Below are positions 28,145 through 37,791 of a DNA stretch of 52,690 bases, piece by piece. Position 1 is the first letter of the stretch; the number at the start of each line of letters is the position of its first letter. The stretch spans positions 1 through 52,690 of the forward strand of contig MNYV01000017.1 in the NCBI GenBank assembly GCA_001873285.1. The letters are read 5' to 3'. Below the pieces are notes generated by a model, which saw only the letters and a list, made by a program, of their open reading frames with translations, was not told the DNA's origin and ran no database searches. Source of the stretch: Nitrospirae bacterium CG2_30_53_67 (GTDB lineage: Bacteria; CG2-30-53-67). The position numbers were made by a program, and so were the translations under genes.

Positions 28145-30712
28145 ATGACAGAAAAAGACCTTGCCCGTGTGTCCAGGCCGTCCCGTTATATCGGCTCGGA
28201 GATCAATGCCGTTAAAAAGGACCACCAACGAGTGGATATCAAGGTGGTCTTGGCCTTTCCTGACGCCTATGAGATCGGGATGTCTCATACCGGGCTCAAG
28301 ATCCTCTACGAAATCCTGAATAACCGAAAAGATACGGCGGCTGAACGCGTCTTTGCCCCATGGAAGGACATGGAACAACTCCTGCGTTCAGAAAAGAGGC
28401 CTCTCTGCTCTCTGGAGTCCGGTATTCCCCTCCGGGATTTTGATATCCTCGGATTCACGTTGCAGTACGAAATGAGCTATACCAACATCCTGAATATGCT
28501 CGATCTTGCGGGGATCCCTCTGTTCTCGGCTGAGCGGGATGGATCCTTTCCCCTGATCATCGGCGGGGGACCCTGCGCCTTCAACCCAGAACCTCTTGCC
28601 GGCTTCTTCGATCTCTTCGTGATCGGGGACGGCGAGGAGGTGATCGGGGAGATCGTGGACCTTTTCAAAAAATACCGGTCCTTGAATCGCGAGACCCTCC
28701 TCGGTCATTTGGCCGAACTGGAGGGTGTCTACGTCCCTTCCGACTTTGAGATCCTGTATGCCCCTGACGGGCCAATCCGGGAAATCCGAAGGACCCGGCC
28801 GGGGCCGGAGCGGATCCGAAAACGGATGGTCAAGGACTTAAACAGGGCGCCCTACCCGCGCTCCCCTCTCCTTCCCTATATGAAGATCGTCCATGACCGT
28901 GTGGCCCTGGAGATTTCCCGGGGCTGTACACGAGGGTGCCGTTTTTGTCAGGCAGGCATGATTTACAGGCCCGTCCGGGAAAGAGACGTGAAGACCATCA
29001 TCGGTTATCTGAAAGATTCCGTTCTGAGCACAGGATACGAGGAAATATCCCTGACCTCACTCTCCAGCGGCGATTATACCGAGCTGCCAAGACTCGTCAA
29101 GGAAGCGGTTAGGTTTTCCGAGAAGAGGCATGTGAGCGTCGCTCTTCCGTCCCTGCGGCCGGGGACCCTCTCTTCAGAGATCATCGCAGAAATTCAAAAG
29201 ATCCGCAAGACCGGATTCACGATTGCGCCTGAAGCAGGAACGCAGCGGCTCAGGGATGTCATCAACAAAGGGGTGACCGAGGAAGACCTGCTCACCACGG
29301 TGCAGAAGGTGTTTTCCGCCGGATGGGAGATCCTCAAGCTCTACTTCATGATCGGGCTCCCCTCTGAAACCGAGGAAGACGTCAAGGGAATCACGGATCT
29401 CACGTTCAAGGCATTGAAGATTGCGAAGCAAGCCAATCCGAGGTTCAAGCAGATCCATGTCAGCGTCTCTCCCTTCGTCCCCAAGGCCCATACCCCTTTC
29501 CAATGGTCCCGGCAGAACCGGCCGGAAGAGATCGCGGATAAATACCAATTTCTAAAGAGGGGCTTCAAGCACAAGAAGCTCTCTTTGAAATGGCATGAAC
29601 CGGGGATCAGCAGGCTTGAAGGGATCTTTTCACGCGGAGACCGCAGGCTCGGCCTTGTTCTCTGCGAGGCCTGGCGGCTGGGCTGCCGTTTCGACGGCTG
29701 GACCGATGAATGCGACCTTGCAAAATGGGACCTCTCTTTTCAGAACACAGGGATCACCCCCGACTTCTATCTCTACAGGGAGAGGGACCTGGCCGAGATC
29801 CTTCCATGGGATCATATTGAAAGCGGCGTGACCAAGACCTTTCTGGCCGAGGAATATAGGCAATCCCTTAAAGGGGAGATCACACCCGACTGCCGTTACG
29901 GGGCCTGCACGCTCTGCGGCGCCTGCGGACAGGAACCGGGTTTTGCGCTTGCCCGCTCCGGAGAAGAGACCGGAATCAAGGTTTGCTCTCCCCGGCCGAA
30001 CCTACCGGTCGTGAAACGGTTCCGGATCCGATACTCCAAGGGGGGGCGCCTTAAATTTCTCTCTCACCTGGAACTGATCAACACCATGGTGCGGTCATTC
30101 GCCCGCGCCGGAATCCCCCTGGAGTACTCCCATGGATTTCACCCGCATCCGAAGATGGCCATGGGGCCGGCTCTCCCCGTGGGGGTATCGGCCATGGCCG
30201 AATACCTGGACGTCAACGTGATCGGATCCGTATTCGAGGAGACCCTCGCGGCCGGATTAAACCAGGTCCTCCCCGATGGGATCCGGGTCACTGGAGTCAA
30301 CTGGATTCCGGCACAGGCCCCGGCCATCTCTTCGGTGATCCGCTTCGGGGAGTATCTCCTGGATCTTCCCCGCTCCGCCTTCCGGGAAGATCCGTCTCTT
30401 GCAGTGCAGGAGCTTATGGGCCGGCATGAGATCCTGATCACCAGGGATCAGAAGGACCGGATCAAAACCCTGGATATCCGGCCGATGATCGAGGAAATGG
30501 AGATCCATTCCATGGACGAAGAACAAGTGATCGTAAGACTCATCGTTCAAACCGGAGACCAGGGGGGCGCCCGTATTGATGAAGTGCTGCAGACGCTGTT
30601 AAATCAGCCGGCATCAAACCTTCAGGACGTCCGGATCACTCGAACGGGTCTCTATACAAACCGATATCGCGCCATCCCATTTCAGGAAACAAAGGTTGAG
30701 ACGGCCCATTAA
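28145..30712 (+). CDS. Radical-SAM protein: B12-binding-like N-domain + radical-SAM core fused to a DUF2344-like C-terminal domain
   Basis: 855 aa. CTRGCRFC (CxxxCxxC) cluster motif. The C-terminal ~230 aa (RIRYSKGGRLKFLSHLELINTMVRSFARAGIPLEYSHGFHPHPKM) resembles the radical-SAM-linked DUF2344 family as I recall it. Confidence 0.85.
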   Translation: MTEKDLARVSRPSRYIGSEINAVKKDHQRVDIKVVLAFPDAYEIGMSHTGLKILYEILNNRKDTAAERVFAPWKDMEQLLRSEKRPLCSLESGIPLRDFDILGFTLQYEMSYTNILNMLDLAGIPLFSAERDGSFPLIIGGGPCAFNPEPLAGFFDLFVIGDGEEVIGEIVDLFKKYRSLNRETLLGHLAELEGVYVPSDFEILYAPDGPIREIRRTRPGPERIRKRMVKDLNRAPYPRSPLLPYMKIVHDRVALEISRGCTRGCRFCQAGMIYRPVRERDVKTIIGYLKDSVLSTGYEEISLTSLSSGDYTELPRLVKEAVRFSEKRHVSVALPSLRPGTLSSEIIAEIQKIRKTGFTIAPEAGTQRLRDVINKGVTEEDLLTTVQKVFSAGWEILKLYFMIGLPSETEEDVKGITDLTFKALKIAKQANPRFKQIHVSVSPFVPKAHTPFQWSRQNRPEEIADKYQFLKRGFKHKKLSLKWHEPGISRLEGIFSRGDRRLGLVLCEAWRLGCRFDGWTDECDLAKWDLSFQNTGITPDFYLYRERDLAEILPWDHIESGVTKTFLAEEYRQSLKGEITPDCRYGACTLCGACGQEPGFALARSGEETGIKVCSPRPNLPVVKRFRIRYSKGGRLKFLSHLELINTMVRSFARAGIPLEYSHGFHPHPKMAMGPALPVGVSAMAEYLDVNVIGSVFEETLAAGLNQVLPDGIRVTGVNWIPAQAPAISSVIRFGEYLLDLPRSAFREDPSLAVQELMGRHEILITRDQKDRIKTLDIRPMIEEMEIHSMDEEQVIVRLIVQTGDQGGARIDEVLQTLLNQPASNLQDVRITRTGLYTNRYRAIPFQETKVETAH

Positions 30713-30730
30713 AGATGAACGCGTGCAGCC

Positions 30731-32269
30731 ATGACCACAGAACTGATTGTTAACTCCACATCCTATGAGACGCGGGTTGCCCTGCTTGAGAACAACAATG
30801 TGGTTGAGATCTACATCGACCGCAAAAAGGGGCGCGGCGTGGTGGGAAACATCTACATGGGACGCGTCATCAAGGTTCTTCCCGGCATGCAGGCGGCGTT
30901 TGTCGATATCGGCCTGGAAAAATCCGCTTTTCTTTATGTCGCCGACATCTACAGCAAAATAGAACATTATTCTCAGGCCATCCCGGGGAATGAATTTGAG
31001 GATGAGGAGATCGACGAGGAGGTCGGTGAAGAGATCAAAGAGGAATATACAAAGGTCCCTTACGCCACGCCCATAGAGGATCTGCTCAAGGAAGGGCAGG
31101 AGATCATCGTACAGGTCGCCAAGGAGCCGATCGGGACCAAAGGGGCCCGCGTCACATCTTACATCTCTCTGCCCGGCCGTAATCTGGTCTATATGCCTTC
31201 CGTGGATCACGTGGGGATCTCAAGAAAGATCAGCGATGAGAAGGAGCGTGATAGGCTGAGGGGAATCATCAAGGGTCTGAAAGGCACTGGAGAAGGGTAC
31301 ATCGTGCGGACGGTCAGCGAAGGAAAAAACGACGAGGAATTCCTGGCGGACAAGCAGTTCTTAAAACGTCTATGGGGCGATGTTCAGAAGAAAGTCGAGA
31401 AAGCCTCGGCCCCTTGTCTTCTCCACAGCGACCTGGACCTGGTATTCCGGGTGATTCGAGACCTCTTTACAACTGAAGTGGACCGGATGGTCATTGATTC
31501 ACCTTCCGAGTACTACCGGGTCAAGGAGTTCGTGGGAACGTTTCTTCCCAACCTGATGAGCAAAATCGAACTGTATGACGGGGCCGAGCCGATCTTCGAT
31601 GCCCAGGGCGTGGAAGTGGAAATTTCACGCGCATTGAAAAGGCGCGTCTGGCTGAAATCCGGAGGGTACATCGTCATTGATCAGACCGAGGCCCTGGTGG
31701 CCATTGATGTGAATACCGGACGTTATGTGGGCAAGCGAAACCTGGAGGAGACCATCTTCAAGACCAACATGGAGGCCGCCCGGGAAATCGCCTATCAGCT
31801 CAGGCTCCGGAACATCGGAGGGATCATCATCATCGATTTCATCGACATGGAAGACAAGAAAAACCGGATGATGGTCTTCAATGCCCTGCAAAAAACCCTC
31901 ATGAACGACAAGGCCAGAACCACGATCTATGAGATCTCGGAACTCGGCCTGATCCAGATGACGCGCAAACGGGTCCGGGAAAATCTCGGAAGGGTCCTCA
32001 TGGAGCCATGCAGTTACTGCGAAGGGGAAGGATACATCAAATCCAAGATCACGGTCAGCTATGATATCTTCAGGGAGATCAGCAGGATCGCCCCGTTGAC
32101 TAAGGAAAAGAAAATTCTGGTCGTTGCCCAGATCGATGTGGCAGATATGCTCTACGATGAGCAGAGAAGAGAGGTCGAAGAGCTGGAGAACAAATTCAAG
32201 AAAAGAATCGTCATTAAGGGAGAGCCCGACTTCCATCAAGAGCAGTTTGAAGTCATGCTGACCAGCTGA
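30731..32269 (+). CDS. rng: Ribonuclease G/E-family endoribonuclease
   Basis: 512 aa. N-terminal S1 domain (IYMGRVIKVLPGMQAAFVDIG) and the catalytic region (ALVAIDVNTG...GGIIIIDFIDM). Confidence 0.92.
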   Translation: MTTELIVNSTSYETRVALLENNNVVEIYIDRKKGRGVVGNIYMGRVIKVLPGMQAAFVDIGLEKSAFLYVADIYSKIEHYSQAIPGNEFEDEEIDEEVGEEIKEEYTKVPYATPIEDLLKEGQEIIVQVAKEPIGTKGARVTSYISLPGRNLVYMPSVDHVGISRKISDEKERDRLRGIIKGLKGTGEGYIVRTVSEGKNDEEFLADKQFLKRLWGDVQKKVEKASAPCLLHSDLDLVFRVIRDLFTTEVDRMVIDSPSEYYRVKEFVGTFLPNLMSKIELYDGAEPIFDAQGVEVEISRALKRRVWLKSGGYIVIDQTEALVAIDVNTGRYVGKRNLEETIFKTNMEAAREIAYQLRLRNIGGIIIIDFIDMEDKKNRMMVFNALQKTLMNDKARTTIYEISELGLIQMTRKRVRENLGRVLMEPCSYCEGEGYIKSKITVSYDIFREISRIAPLTKEKKILVVAQIDVADMLYDEQRREVEELENKFKKRIVIKGEPDFHQEQFEVMLTS

Positions 32270-32302
32270 TCTCATAGCCCGTTATGGAGACGGACGGATC
32301 GT

Positions 32303-34447
32303 ATGATAAAGCGTTTTTCCATCCGGATAAAATTAATCGCCGCCTTCATCATCATCGGCGTCTTCCCCATGCTTCTCGCAACGTATATCGGAGTCGAGAT
32401 CGCTTCAGGAAGGCTGGAGAAGGGGATTGAGGAACGCATCAACTACGCGGGAAAATCCGCCGTTTACCTGATTGCCAAGAAGAAGACGGAACTCGAGGGA
32501 GTGGCCCGTTCTTTTTCCGGGGATCCGAGACTCAGAAAGGTCATCCAGGGCGGAGTGAACATCAAATTCCTCTGGTTTGACACGCCGCTCCAGGTTTACC
32601 TTTTCAATCATGAAAACCATATGATCTTCACCAGCACGGGCGAGAAATTCACCCGTCCGAAAAATCCGGCGGAGGGGATGACCTTGCTCCGGACACAATC
32701 CGGCAGCGAACCGTGGCCGCTCCTGGTCTTTCTTCTGCCTGTGTCGGACCAGGGACGTCCCATCGGGACCATCATGACCGGCTATCCGCTCGGCAATGAA
32801 TTTCTCAACGACCTCAAGAGCGTGACCGGCGTGGAGTCCATGCTTTTCAAACAGGACCCGTCCGGGGGGTACTTCTCCATAGAGACAAAAGGGAGGCTGG
32901 ACCTCCCCGATGAAATCCTAAAAAGTGTGGCAACCCATGGCCGCCAGGCATTCACCAAGTCTTCGAGGATCCGGCTTGAAGAGAAAGAGGAAGAGTATCA
33001 CGCCCTTTTAACCCCCTTGCCGGATGCCGACGGTCGTGTATCGTATATATTATTCAACGGCATATCCTCCTCCGAGACCCTGAGCCGGAAGCTCGCCTCA
33101 ACCCGCTTCTACTATATCCTGATTTTCATCGGTGTGCTCCTTTCCGTCATCGCCGGATCGGCTTTGGGCACGGGGATCTCCTGGCCTATCCTTCGGTTGT
33201 CCAGCGGGGTGAAGGCCATCAGCGCGGGCGATTACAACCAGAAAATACAAGTCCGGAGCCGGGACGAGATCGGAGAACTGGCTGGATCCTTCAACCTCAT
33301 GACGGATCGTCTCAAGGCGACCATCGCCAAACTGGTGGAAAACCAGAACTATACCGAGAATATGCTTCGCAGTCTCCTCAATGGAGTGATGACGATTGAT
33401 CCGGATTCCATGATCATCAGAATAAACCGATCGACCGAAAACATCCTGAACTTGCCGGCGGAGAGGATGGTAGGCAAAAAGATTTCCGCCGTCTTTGATC
33501 AGGATCCATCGATCCTTGCATGGATTCAGGAGGGTCTCGAACGCCGCCAGGTCAAGGAAGGCATGGAAACCATCCTCCACCGGAGAGACGGGGCGATCAT
33601 CCCGATCGAGCTCTCCCTCTCCCCGTTGGAAGATCCGGTCAGACCCGCAGGCTCCAAAACCGGACTGGTGGTCCTGATCCGGGATCTCACCGAGATTCAG
33701 GCGCTCAAGGAACATATCCGCAGGCAAGACCGTCTTGCGGCGCTTGGGGAACTTTCTGCAGGGATTGCCCATGAGATTCGTAACCCCCTCGGAATCATCA
33801 AGGGAGCTGCCGGCATCCTCAAGAAGGACTCGAGCTCACAACCCCCGAGATTTGACGAACTCTGTTCGGTCATCCTGGAGGAGGTCGACCGTTTGAACGA
33901 TGTGATCAACGATTTTCTGGAATTCGCCCGGCCGAGACCACCGCAGTTCAAGCCGCAGAACATCAATGAATTGATCCGCGGAACCATTCAAATGACCGCG
34001 CTGCAGATAGAAAAAAATAAAATCTGCATCCATGAAAACCTTAAATCGGACCTCCCCCTGATCATGGCGGACGAACACCAGATCCACCAGGTCTTTTTAA
34101 ACCTGATTCTGAACGCCCTGCAGGCCACGGACCAGGGGGATTCTCTGGAGATCACCACACGCCATCTTAAAGAATTGAATCAGATCGAAATCATTTTTGC
34201 GGACACCGGAATCGGCATTCCTGAGGATAACCTGAATAAGGTGTTCAACCCATTCTTCACCACGAAAGAACAGGGAACCGGACTTGGACTCTCCGTGGTC
34301 AGCAAAATCATCGAAAACCATCATGGCAAGATTTTCCTGGCCAGTGACGCCGGGAGGGGGACGCGGTTTAACATCCACCTGCCCGTGGCAGAGAAGTTTG
34401 ACAGCGCTGATCAGGAAGATGCCGTGAGAACCGGCTCCGCTAAATAA
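32303..34447 (+). CDS. Sensor histidine kinase (periplasmic sensor, HAMP, PAS, HisKA, HATPase)
   Basis: 714 aa. Two TM segments flank a ~230-aa sensor domain. H-box ELSAGIAHEIRNPL and N/G boxes (NLILNALQAT, DTGIGI, GTGLGLS). Confidence 0.9.
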   Translation: MIKRFSIRIKLIAAFIIIGVFPMLLATYIGVEIASGRLEKGIEERINYAGKSAVYLIAKKKTELEGVARSFSGDPRLRKVIQGGVNIKFLWFDTPLQVYLFNHENHMIFTSTGEKFTRPKNPAEGMTLLRTQSGSEPWPLLVFLLPVSDQGRPIGTIMTGYPLGNEFLNDLKSVTGVESMLFKQDPSGGYFSIETKGRLDLPDEILKSVATHGRQAFTKSSRIRLEEKEEEYHALLTPLPDADGRVSYILFNGISSSETLSRKLASTRFYYILIFIGVLLSVIAGSALGTGISWPILRLSSGVKAISAGDYNQKIQVRSRDEIGELAGSFNLMTDRLKATIAKLVENQNYTENMLRSLLNGVMTIDPDSMIIRINRSTENILNLPAERMVGKKISAVFDQDPSILAWIQEGLERRQVKEGMETILHRRDGAIIPIELSLSPLEDPVRPAGSKTGLVVLIRDLTEIQALKEHIRRQDRLAALGELSAGIAHEIRNPLGIIKGAAGILKKDSSSQPPRFDELCSVILEEVDRLNDVINDFLEFARPRPPQFKPQNINELIRGTIQMTALQIEKNKICIHENLKSDLPLIMADEHQIHQVFLNLILNALQATDQGDSLEITTRHLKELNQIEIIFADTGIGIPEDNLNKVFNPFFTTKEQGTGLGLSVVSKIIENHHGKIFLASDAGRGTRFNIHLPVAEKFDSADQEDAVRTGSAK

Positions 34448-34462
34448 TTTTTTTTAGACCAT

Positions 34463-34689
34463 CTCCAAAAGAGTGGGTGAAAACATAAGGGTTCAAGGGG
34501 TCAAGGATTCCAGGGGTCAAGTGAAGTGCTCAAACACGATAAGGAGTTAAAGGTTTGGCAGAAGTCTTATCAATTATGCTTGGAGATTTACAAAATAACA
34601 AACTGATCAAATCACTGGAAAACAAACACTTGACCCCTTGACCCCTGGAACCCTCGAACCCTTTTTACCCACTAAATGGGAGAAGAACC
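34463..34689 (+). repeat. Family-A composite inverted-repeat element, copy 3 (shortest)
   Basis: CTCCAAAAGAGTGGGTGAAAACATAAGGGTTCAAGGGGTCAAGGATTCCAGGGGTCAAGTGAAGTG ... CACTTGACCCCTTGACCCCTGGAACCCTCGAACCCTTTTTACCCACTAAATGGGAGAAGAACC. It lies between the kinase and its response regulator. Confidence 0.85.
34538..34641 (+). pseudogene. Internally deleted, frameshifted remnant of a four-helix-bundle (23S rRNA IVS protein / Avd-like) gene
   Basis: Translates to DKELKVWQKSYQLCLEIYKITN*, the characteristic N-terminal helix of that family. In another frame it reads LIKSLENKHLTP*, a typical C-terminal tail. Confidence 0.65.
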
Positions 34690-34748
34690 TCATTTTAAAA
34701 AGTTGTATGCTTTCTACCGATCCAGGCTACTAAAAAAAAGGTGCACAC

Positions 34749-36113
34749 ATGGAAGAGATCCTGGTCATTGATGATGAAAAAAAGATGCATCGGATCCTCC
34801 AGATCTCCCTGGAAGGGCTGGGATTTCATGTCATCCCTGCCAGCACGGGACTTGAAGGGATAGAACGGGCCAAGACACTCACCCCTTCATTGGTGATCAC
34901 GGACATGAAGATGCCGGGCATGTCCGGAATGGAGGTCCTTCATGAGATCAAAAACATAGGCGAGGAAATTCCCGTGATCATCATGACGGCCTACGGCACG
35001 GTGCAAACCGCCGTGGAAGCCATGAAAGCCGGGGCCTTTGATTACATTCTGAAACCCTTTGACATTTCAGAGATGGAAATCATTGTAGAGAAAGCCGTCC
35101 GTTACCGAAGGCTTGCAAGAGAAAACGAACAGCTCAGATCCGAGCTTCAGTCAAAATACCGGTTCGATAACATCATCGGCAGGAGTAATCCCATGCAGCG
35201 GATTTTCCAGCTGATTAATCAGATCGCCCCCACCAAAAGCACGATTCTGATCCGGGGAGGAAGCGGAACCGGCAAGGAGTTGGTTGCCGGGGCCGTTCAT
35301 TACCACAGCAACCGATCGTCCATGCCTTTCATCAAACTGAACTGCGGCGCCATCCCCGGCACCCTCCTGGAGTCCGAACTTTTCGGGTATGAAAAAGGGG
35401 CCTTCACCGGAGCGGAACGGCAAAAACCGGGGCGTTTCGAGCTGGCAGACGGCGGGACCCTTTTTCTGGATGAGATCGGCGATATGGATACGCTTCTTCA
35501 AGTAAAAATCTTAAGGGTCCTTCAGAACGGGGAGTTTGAACGTCTTGGCGGCACACAAACGATCCGGGTGGATGTGAGGATGATCGCGGCGACCAACACC
35601 GATCTGGAACAGAGAGTTCGGGAGGGCCGCTTCCGCGAGGACCTCTATTACCGGATTAATGTGGTTCCCATCGAAATTCCCCCTCTCCGGGAACGCCGGG
35701 AGGACATCCCCCTTCTGGTCCATCACTTCATTGATAAATACTCGGAGGAGACCCATCAGACGAAAAAAACCATACTACCTGAGGCCATGGATTTGTTAAT
35801 TCATTATGATTGGCCGGGAAACGTACGAGAACTTCAGAATTTGATCGAGCGGGCCGTCGTATTGACCCGCTCCGATACCTTAACCCCGAAATCGTTTACA
35901 TTCCCTGACCGTCCCAGAAAAACCGCCGCATCCCTAAATGAGATCATCATCCCGGAACAAGGGATTTCTCTATCCGATGTGGTGGAAGAGTTGGAGAAAT
36001 CTTACATCAAAAAGGCGTTGATCCAGGCCGAAGGTGTCCAGATCCGGGCCGCAGAACTCCTCCATACGACCAGAAAGATCCTCCGCTATAAAATGGAAAA
36101 GTACGGAATTTAA
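34749..36113 (+). CDS. Sigma54-dependent response regulator (NtrC/AtoC family: REC + AAA+ + Fis-type HTH)
   Basis: 454 aa. Receiver domain ([13 protein letters not shown]), Walker [15 protein letters not shown] motif, and a C-terminal HTH. Confidence 0.92.
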   Translation: MEEILVIDDEKKMHRILQISLEGLGFHVIPASTGLEGIERAKTLTPSLVITDMKMPGMSGMEVLHEIKNIGEEIPVIIMTAYGTVQTAVEAMKAGAFDYILKPFDISEMEIIVEKAVRYRRLARENEQLRSELQSKYRFDNIIGRSNPMQRIFQLINQIAPTKSTILIRGGSGTGKELVAGAVHYHSNRSSMPFIKLNCGAIPGTLLESELFGYEKGAFTGAERQKPGRFELADGGTLFLDEIGDMDTLLQVKILRVLQNGEFERLGGTQTIRVDVRMIAATNTDLEQRVREGRFREDLYYRINVVPIEIPPLRERREDIPLLVHHFIDKYSEETHQTKKTILPEAMDLLIHYDWPGNVRELQNLIERAVVLTRSDTLTPKSFTFPDRPRKTAASLNEIIIPEQGISLSDVVEELEKSYIKKALIQAEGVQIRAAELLHTTRKILRYKMEKYGI

Positions 36114-36197
36114 GCACTACCCCCTTCTAACTCAACCATTTCTTTTTGAGCATACGAGCAGCCCTCTATTTTTTTGTCAATAATTTGATAATTTTTC

Positions 36198-36226
36198 TTG
36201 ACATCCACGCTTATTTTGTCTATCTT
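36198..36226 (+). promoter_or_regulatory. Putative sigma70 promoter giving a ~190-nt leader for the parA-CBM gene
   Basis: TTGACA (36198-36203), 17-nt spacer, TATCTT (36221-36226). Confidence 0.4.
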
Positions 36227-36416
36227 TTACACCATATATAGTGTATCTTTCATCAATAAACACAAAATAGGACGGAGGAGGGAATCTGTCCTGCATGAAC
36301 ATAACGAGGAGGTGATGCAGAAAAGACACCATGAATGGTTCTGACCTGCTTTTGAACTTCCAAGGGAAGATCGTATGTCTATAGCAGAGAGTCAGCGAAC
36401 CTGAAAGGAGCAGGCT

Positions 36417-37562
36417 ATGAAAACAATAGCAATTGTCAACCAAAAAGGAGGCTGCGGTAAGACAACAACGGCCATCAATCTTTCAGCATCTCTTGCTTCT
36501 TTGGGTAAAAGGGTCTTGCTGATCGATATGGATCCACAGTCACATGCATCATTAGGGCTCAATGTCAGTCCAAAAGAACTCGAAATTTGTCTTTATGATG
36601 TCCTCCTCTCGATCGATGAGGTGGATAGGCCTATACTGGAAGACATTATCTCCCATGTAGGGGAAAATCTCGATCTGATCCCTTCCAATATAGTCCTGTC
36701 TGTCTTTGAACAAAAAATGGCCAACGCTCCGGGGAGAGAAACCCGGCTCCTGCAGGCCATCCAGAGAATGAAGAAAGAATATGATTATATTCTCATTGAC
36801 TGTCCGCCTTCTGTGGGACTTTTGTCCTTCAATGCCTTGATGGCATCCCAGTATGCGATCATCCCCGTTGAACCGAGTTTTTTCTCACTCCACGGTCTTG
36901 GGAAACTCACGGAGACCATCCAGCTCTTTGCTGAAAAATTAAGTCACAACATTCATATTCATATTCTGCTCACCATGTTCGATAGAAGAACAAGGCTTTC
37001 GAGCGAGATCTTTGAGGAGATCAAAAAACATTTCATGGAAAACACGTTCCAGACGGTCATTCACTTTAACATCCGCCTCAAAGAGGCAGCCAGTTTCGGC
37101 TCTCCCATCACCGAGTTTGACAAGCATTGCATCGGATACAAAGATTTTCTTTCCCTTGCACAAGAGGTTCTTCAAATTCCCGAAAAGGAAGCGCAGGAAC
37201 AGACCGCGAAGATCCTCGGCCCTCGTCCGGTGCAAAACGGCGTCCTTTTCTCCTACAAGGGAGCCGATATACAATCCCTGAAACTGGTGGGAGACTTTAA
37301 CAACTGGACGCCGGATCCGTCTTCCGAACTTCAGAAAGAGCCGGATGGGACCTGGAAAAAATTGGTCTCCCTGCCGCCCGGAACCTACCATTACAAGTTC
37401 ATCGCGGATGGAGAGTGGAAGGAGGACCAATATAATCCCAAATACATCATCAACGAGTTCGGCGGGATTGACTCGGTTGTGGAAGTCCCTTACTGGGAAC
37501 GCCATCAGCAAAAAGGGAGTGACCCCGCATCCGATATGAACGCATCATGCCGGCTCCAATGA
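36417..37562 (+). CDS. ParA/Soj-family ATPase fused to a C-terminal CBM48 / AMPK-beta glycogen-binding-type domain
   Basis: 381 aa. Deviant Walker A VNQKGGCGKTTT and a ParA core through ~aa 255. The C-terminus VLFSYKGADIQSLKLVGDFNNWTP...DGTWKKLVSLPPGTYHYKFIADGEWKEDQYNP matches the GxFNNW...YKFxVDGxW signature of CBM48/AMPK1_CBM. Confidence 0.85.
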   Translation: MKTIAIVNQKGGCGKTTTAINLSASLASLGKRVLLIDMDPQSHASLGLNVSPKELEICLYDVLLSIDEVDRPILEDIISHVGENLDLIPSNIVLSVFEQKMANAPGRETRLLQAIQRMKKEYDYILIDCPPSVGLLSFNALMASQYAIIPVEPSFFSLHGLGKLTETIQLFAEKLSHNIHIHILLTMFDRRTRLSSEIFEEIKKHFMENTFQTVIHFNIRLKEAASFGSPITEFDKHCIGYKDFLSLAQEVLQIPEKEAQEQTAKILGPRPVQNGVLFSYKGADIQSLKLVGDFNNWTPDPSSELQKEPDGTWKKLVSLPPGTYHYKFIADGEWKEDQYNPKYIINEFGGIDSVVEVPYWERHQQKGSDPASDMNASCRLQ

Positions 37563-37605
37563 CCCTGAAGGTCATTCAGTGAAGCAGGCCGGATCTTCCA
37601 TTTAT

Positions 37606-37773
37606 CTAAGTGGTCCTGTTCGTAAATATGGTGGCGTACCGAGAGGGCCGTAGGGCGTCTCATCTCCGCGCTCGACTGAGGCGTACCCCTCTGGTACACC
37701 GTAAGGAGCGGAACTTTGATCCGACCGCCTTACGGCACTCGAATGCCACCGTATTTACGAATAGGGCCACTAA
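37606..37773 (+). mobile_element. Family-B MITE-like long-hairpin element, copy B2 (with CTAAG direct duplications)
   Basis: The body 37611-37768 starts TGGTCCTGTTCGTAAATATGGT and ends ACCGTATTTACGAATAGGGCCA. It is flanked by CTAAG on both sides. The central part (CGACTGAGGCGTACCC..GGTAC...AAGGAGCGGAAC) has the same orientation as B1. Confidence 0.85.
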
Positions 37774-37791
37774 GGTCAAAAAGGAGATACC

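Noticed and set aside
34538-34641. Avd-like four-helix-bundle remnants as part of a diversity-generating retroelement
   Set aside because: There is no reverse transcriptase and no template/variable repeat pair with A-specific mismatches. The ORFs themselves are dead.
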